Source: a bacterium (GTDB lineage: Bacteria; Omnitrophota; Gorgyraeia; Zapsychrales; Zapsychraceae). Taken from it: a stretch of 64,000 bases of DNA. This document shows, one piece after another, positions 60,401-64,000 of this stretch; position 1 is the first letter of the stretch; each line of letters begins with the position of its first letter. The stretch is from assembly GCA_030429765.1 (NCBI GenBank), contig JAUIER010000003.1:80402-144401 (forward strand), read 5' to 3'. The notes below the pieces were generated by a model that saw only the letters and a program-made list of their open reading frames with translations, was not told the origin of the DNA and ran no database searches. The position numbers and the translations under genes are program-made.

Positions 60401-63400
60401 ATCCCATCCACGTGATTGAGTTCGGACTGGATGGTCAGTTGGTGGCGCGCGATAAGCTCGCGCAGTCCCTTCAGGATGACATCCGCGATATGGAGCTGGC
60501 CCTGGCCGGACTTCGATCGCTCGACGACACCGACCCCGCCCCGGTGACGGATGCGTATCCGGCCGAGATCAAATATTTTGAGTTAATCAATAAAGGACGC
60601 GGTTCGACGGATTCAGATGCCGCGATGGCGGGTATCGATACTTTTGTGGCTGAGCGGATCACACAATTGCAGGACGCGGTGACGGAACGTGAACAGGTGA
60701 CACCCAACACGGTTCGGCATGTCGCGGGGCTTTGGCTAAAAGCCCTCATCCAGGAGTGGGATTACGGCCGGAACATCGTTCACACACGGGCCGAGGCCGT
60801 CGAGATAGGGGAACGCCTGAACCGGGCGTGGAAGGCCGCCGGGTTCGACAAGGTTCGTTCATGGCCGGCGCAGGTGATGCTCATGGGCTCTCTGCAGGTT
60901 TCGGAAGACAAGTACTTTCAATTTGAAGATATGCAGGAGGCCTTGATCGAACATGCCACGCGGGAGGAAAAGATCTTGGCTTACTGGACCAAGGCGGTGC
61001 GCTCTGTCAGTCATCTCAGATATTACGGCAATCATCCGGAAGATGAATTTGAGGATCCGCTCGTCGATCAAACCGTCATTCAGGATACGGCGCGCAAATA
61101 CATCACCTTGCTGCTGGAAGACGCGCCCGAGAAGGCCACTCAAGATCAGCTGTGGGGATTGATCGTTTTGCTCGATCCGTTCATCTATCATCCTGACTTT
61201 TTAATTGATCAGTGGGCCAAGCATGCCTATAAGCAACCCAACGATCATGTCATGACCGCCAAGGTCCTCGACATTCTGAAGGATCTCAACGCGGAACAGC
61301 GGCAGCGATTCCAACAACTCGCCCGACGGGCGTTTGCGATATCGGATGACGAATGGGCGGCGGCTGGATTCCGGTCGCCGTACACAGACTTTATCATCCA
61401 TACCTTTAATGAACGACTGGACCACATGATGACTCAGATGTCGATCAAGTCCTCGAGTGAGTTCAGCGGGGATCACGTGCAGCTGATGGCCCGGTCCGAA
61501 GAATTTTTCGACGCCCATGTGGGATGGTATGCCTTAACGCGCGATCCCAGGGCGGTGCGCGAGATGATGTTCTCCAATAAACGGCATGCCCGTTATCCGG
61601 AGGCCGGTTTTCTGGGGCTGCGTCAGGCCATCGTCAAACGGCGATTGTTCAAGGCGATGGAACAAGATCCGCGGCATTACTATCGACGGGTCTTCGCGCA
61701 TCCATTGCTGGCGGATTCACCTAACTGGGGATTTTTAAGTGAGTTGTTGAGCGACGAGGCGATGATGGCCGATCCCGATGATATGACCGAACAGTTCCGT
61801 CGACGAATTGATCTAGCCATTGCTCAGGTGGGTTATCCTGGAATATCTGTATCCGAACAGGCTGCTCAAGATTTGCTTGCTGACTATGAACAGGGTTTTG
61901 ACGTGACGGAACGGATTGCCATTCCACGGATCAGCGTCTGGCTGATGCGTCACCAGATTCCTGTGTTTCAGTCTTATGAAATGCTAGCGGCCATCCACGT
62001 CGCCGCCGACAAGTGGCGAGCCAATTTCAATCAGACAGTGGAGCTTGAGGTTGGTGCCTTGATGAGCTTTACGAATGTGGTGGGGCTACCGATGTTTGGA
62101 TTTGAAGGATCGTGGACAGATGCGGAAGTGCAGACCGTTCGACGGATTATGGGGTGGTTGGATGGGGAAAAAGTCTCTACATTGAAAGGGTTGCAAGCTC
62201 GATTGTTGACATCTTCGGTAACATTTAAAAAGCGCGGCAGGGGATTCAGAGGCATTGCGGAGATCATACAAGGGATCATGCCGGCCGGTCCCCGTATACC
62301 TGGCGATAGACGCACAAACGCGATTCAGCTCGTCGACATTGATACAAGCTGGTTTACAGGGAATATCACATTCCCGATGATTCAGATTCTCAAGGAATTA
62401 TTGCTGGATCGGACGCAGGACAAGGATGTCATTGATGAAGACTACTTTGACTCACGAATTGCGGTGTTGGCCAAGATACAAGAGTTGTTAGAGCGGCTTG
62501 TCCTTCGGGAGCAGTCATTAATTGAAAACTTTGCGACAGCCTATCGCGCGCAATTGCAGGAAGAGCGTAGAACGTTGTTGTATACATGGCTGACCATGAT
62601 GCGCGGTGACGAAGAAATTTTAGATCTGGAACCTGATGATTTGTCGCACAGATTTACACTTTCAACGGATGATGTTTTGAAGGTATTAAGAGATTACTCT
62701 GAAGAGATCGATGACCGAGATCACGCGATGAAAGCCGGTGAGGCGTTTGAGAACAATCCGTATCATGAACCGCATTTTGATCTGATTGACAATCTGGAAC
62801 TGGCCGAGCGGTCGAATATCGTGATGATCGGGGCGGCGGAAAATCCGCAGGCCGGTTTGGCCTTCGCGATGCGCGGACATCATGTCAGGTCCATCACCAA
62901 GGATATCAAGGGGCCGACCGTGGAGGCGGCGCTGCAGGAGTCACTTGAGGCCGATATTTCCGGTCGGGGCGGACGGTATGTCACCAATCGGGAGACCGAC
63001 TATCTGGATGTCGACATCGACGCCGAATCGGTGGATGTGTATGTGGTGCCGGCGGTGCTCGACGATCCGCGCACCGTGCAGCAGGATTTGATGCTGGATA
63101 AAATGCTGCGCGAATTGCGGCCGGGCGGTCATCTGGTGCTGTCGTTTATCATCAATGCGTCGGGATGGGAGCGCTATGTCGAGCGGTTCGCGGCGTCACG
63201 CGGGTTTGAACTGGAGAAGACGTATGATTATACCGTGTCGGACGCGGCGGTGATCTATCGCGTTGTGCCGGATGCGGCCAGACAGCTGGCCGCCATGGCG
63301 TCGGAGATCGGCGCGGCCAATGATGAGGCCATGCTGGCGTTCAGTGAGTTTGACAACAAGATCGGGATCGATCCATTTTCCGGTCGTTTATCGGTGCTGT

Positions 63401-64000
63401 CCGATGAGCCGGTGTTTGTGCCGGCGTTTGAGTTATGGGCGGTGCGTCACGGTGAGACCGCCGGTAATGTTCAGCGCATCTTTCAAGGGGCGACGGACAC
63501 GTCGATCAATCAGTTGAATCAACGCGGACGCGAGCAGGCCGCAGAAGCGGCGCGCCTGATGTTTGAACAGCTCGAGGCCAAACTCAGGGCCGGTGATCAC
63601 GTTGTTATATTGACCAGTGAGTTCGCGCGGGCGAAAGAGACGGCGCAGGCCTTTGTGGATTTTGTTGAGGCTCAATTGGGGGATGCATCGAACTTAACCA
63701 TCGTCGAAGATGCCGGGGTCAATGAGATTGATTTCGGCGAACTCAACAATCTGTCCGAACAGGATGAGTTAACGGATCGTCAGCGCACGTTTATCGATCA
63801 GTATCGGTATCAGAAAAACGCGCGCGCGAAACCGGCCGGCGGCGAAAGCTATCTGGAATTGACCCAGCGGGTCCACCGATGGCTCAAAGAATTGAATCAG
63901 CGCTACGCGGACCAAACCGTGGTGATGTTTGGTCACGGTACATTTTTATCGGCCGTTCGGATGTTGACGGGGGATACGTCGATGAACGACGCCAGCGGTC
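57478..64000 (+). CDS. Giant multidomain protein, 3'-truncated by the window (at least 2174 codons). It has an N-terminal Sec-type signal peptide. Near the C-terminal end of the window it carries a class-I SAM-methyltransferase-like segment (~aa 1780-1925) and a histidine-phosphatase/PGAM-superfamily domain (~aa 1980-2174+).
   Basis: Frame 1 was checked codon by codon from the ATG at 57478 (preceded by an in-frame TAG at 57472-57474) to nt 64000, and no stop codon occurs. Signal peptide: MLISIKRHFRHPLFCALVSMLTCQLSFAVPGVASTQA. MTase-like motifs: VMIGAAENPQAG...SITKD, VDVYVVPAVLDD, LRPGGHLVL. Phosphatase signature: ELWAVRHGETAGN, TSEFARAKETA, EIDFGELNNLS, VVMFGHGTFL. It is missing from the ORF track only because no stop lies within the window. 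Confidence 0.8.
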   Translation, partial: MLISIKRHFRHPLFCALVSMLTCQLSFAVPGVASTQASQGVALPEPGTLVMPSADFYAPVLKGVQIHPDQPFHFEFIVDQGDQSISLSQLEAESYRLIKYFMAALAVPEQDMWVNLSPNDHDRAIPDKFALTAMGRDLLAQDYLLKQLSASMMYPEHRLGEDFWQRVRHLAHQRLGVTDIPVNTFNKVWIVPERAVVYQDGYTAYVSEGRLKVMLQSDYQASASSPMGAGNPDDSTDRLAQDIYREVIIPELEREVNTGRQFARLRQIYHSLILATWYREVLEDSLINQVYAGQNKIHGIEIDDPRAKDAIYQQYMDAFRKGVYNYIREDYDQLKDQVIPRQYMSGGMQIVPRIEITDDARSVRTRGDLAMVSTQLNLRGANRTIEIAADLDDSIFAGMRKNGRPKVQLTHADHAELKGYRPDGETVTLFTSLRQRVYGLEISDEGELTHVYPNNKKDKPVAWAWIRDDAGRRTGIVVGDKRTHASLGYGTSAVKINGWIDTPIIASQQRQDAALIRIGPQALGKRQLFAVLPPDAAGETLAVRYEDGFPTAVRLRDGTVVPVGLIRNQYNQVIKATNGSAGFVKPDRETATSYENIRTDAEGIARLGFRLERVADGAGWASLLVDQSVVIAHDIFDQPRHQTYGHVIRNHHDVIIAAAWREPDQDQREVNPKPLMIVRDLQTHRPKYSAAPTKFKDTGDAIVTGRRLSKHGKIYIGGHSLSLGATYADAPVELLWLPSQGYLLVDVLSERDREAFVFDLNRDETVTAEQLTLVDKYLSELGLEWYLDPAEKAYRYDLINELMSDPLFAQLNLRLFSTHPADLQTIQSQLTVRRHMPVRIWDQALDIAARRIDQYKRDYPDQVVNGKIPMRIKQSIIRDVSDEAWLMINAERPLTESPSAQIFESSSNETDAAMTSDGPTRADIERLFKAILEIYRSYADGELEDYPTAMRRLEALAEQTASNPVLQSFVHDRKNPIHVIEFGLDGQLVARDKLAQSLQDDIRDMELALAGLRSLDDTDPAPVTDAYPAEIKYFELINKGRGSTDSDAAMAGIDTFVAERITQLQDAVTEREQVTPNTVRHVAGLWLKALIQEWDYGRNIVHTRAEAVEIGERLNRAWKAAGFDKVRSWPAQVMLMGSLQVSEDKYFQFEDMQEALIEHATREEKILAYWTKAVRSVSHLRYYGNHPEDEFEDPLVDQTVIQDTARKYITLLLEDAPEKATQDQLWGLIVLLDPFIYHPDFLIDQWAKHAYKQPNDHVMTAKVLDILKDLNAEQRQRFQQLARRAFAISDDEWAAAGFRSPYTDFIIHTFNERLDHMMTQMSIKSSSEFSGDHVQLMARSEEFFDAHVGWYALTRDPRAVREMMFSNKRHARYPEAGFLGLRQAIVKRRLFKAMEQDPRHYYRRVFAHPLLADSPNWGFLSELLSDEAMMADPDDMTEQFRRRIDLAIAQVGYPGISVSEQAAQDLLADYEQGFDVTERIAIPRISVWLMRHQIPVFQSYEMLAAIHVAADKWRANFNQTVELEVGALMSFTNVVGLPMFGFEGSWTDAEVQTVRRIMGWLDGEKVSTLKGLQARLLTSSVTFKKRGRGFRGIAEIIQGIMPAGPRIPGDRRTNAIQLVDIDTSWFTGNITFPMIQILKELLLDRTQDKDVIDEDYFDSRIAVLAKIQELLERLVLREQSLIENFATAYRAQLQEERRTLLYTWLTMMRGDEEILDLEPDDLSHRFTLSTDDVLKVLRDYSEEIDDRDHAMKAGEAFENNPYHEPHFDLIDNLELAERSNIVMIGAAENPQAGLAFAMRGHHVRSITKDIKGPTVEAALQESLEADISGRGGRYVTNRETDYLDVDIDAESVDVYVVPAVLDDPRTVQQDLMLDKMLRELRPGGHLVLSFIINASGWERYVERFAASRGFELEKTYDYTVSDAAVIYRVVPDAARQLAAMASEIGAANDEAMLAFSEFDNKIGIDPFSGRLSVLSDEPVFVPAFELWAVRHGETAGNVQRIFQGATDTSINQLNQRGREQAAEAARLMFEQLEAKLRAGDHVVILTSEFARAKETAQAFVDFVEAQLGDASNLTIVEDAGVNEIDFGELNNLSEQDELTDRQRTFIDQYRYQKNARAKPAGGESYLELTQRVHRWLKELNQRYADQTVVMFGHGTFLSAVRMLTGDTSMNDASG

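Overview
This 64 kb window is a contiguous piece of a diderm (LPS-producing) bacterial chromosome. Every credible gene, about 60 in total, is on the + strand, and many are coupled through ATGA or 4-nt overlaps.

Positions 1 to 12.4 kb hold a compact LPS inner-core, Kdo and Lpt locus:
- a 5'-truncated ELM1-like gene
- a GT4-GT9 fusion, a GT4, and three further GT9 heptosyltransferase-family genes
- a stand-alone heptose-7-phosphate kinase (HldE domain I)
- kdsB, kdsA, kdsD, kdsC
- a single OstA-like LptC/LptA-type gene, then lptB

Positions 12.4 to 55.5 kb are housekeeping genes with several oddities:
- tig (lacking the PPIase domain) and clpP
- a class-V aminotransferase and serA
- purA
- an OmpA-domain lipoprotein
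- uppS, cdsA, dxr, rseP
- an orphan CpaF/TadA-type ATPase
- a short proS, then rimP, nusA, infB
- trpS, scpA, ruvB
- a SpoIID homolog
- queA, tgt, trmD, rplS, rnhB, yraN
- an FtcD-like cyclodeaminase and folD
- polA, glgA, coaE, rho, rpmE
- prfA, prmC, murA
- trpG, trpD, trpC, trpF

The last 8.5 kb is the unusual part:
- a GC-rich intergenic segment with the hallmarks of an independently transcribed structured RNA (promoter, 12-bp 5'/3' closing stem, intrinsic terminator)
- a roughly 1.4 kb low-GC two-gene islet (small hypothetical protein plus a DUF2459-like lipoprotein)
- an uninterrupted ORF that runs from 57478 off the end of the window (at least 2174 codons, confirmed codon by codon)

That giant ORF is absent from the supplied ORF track because it has no stop inside the window. 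It encodes an N-terminal Sec-type signal peptide and, near residues 1780 to 2174, a class-I SAM-methyltransferase-like segment followed by a histidine-phosphatase (RHGE...FGHG) domain. No rRNA, tRNA, CRISPR or transposase was seen.
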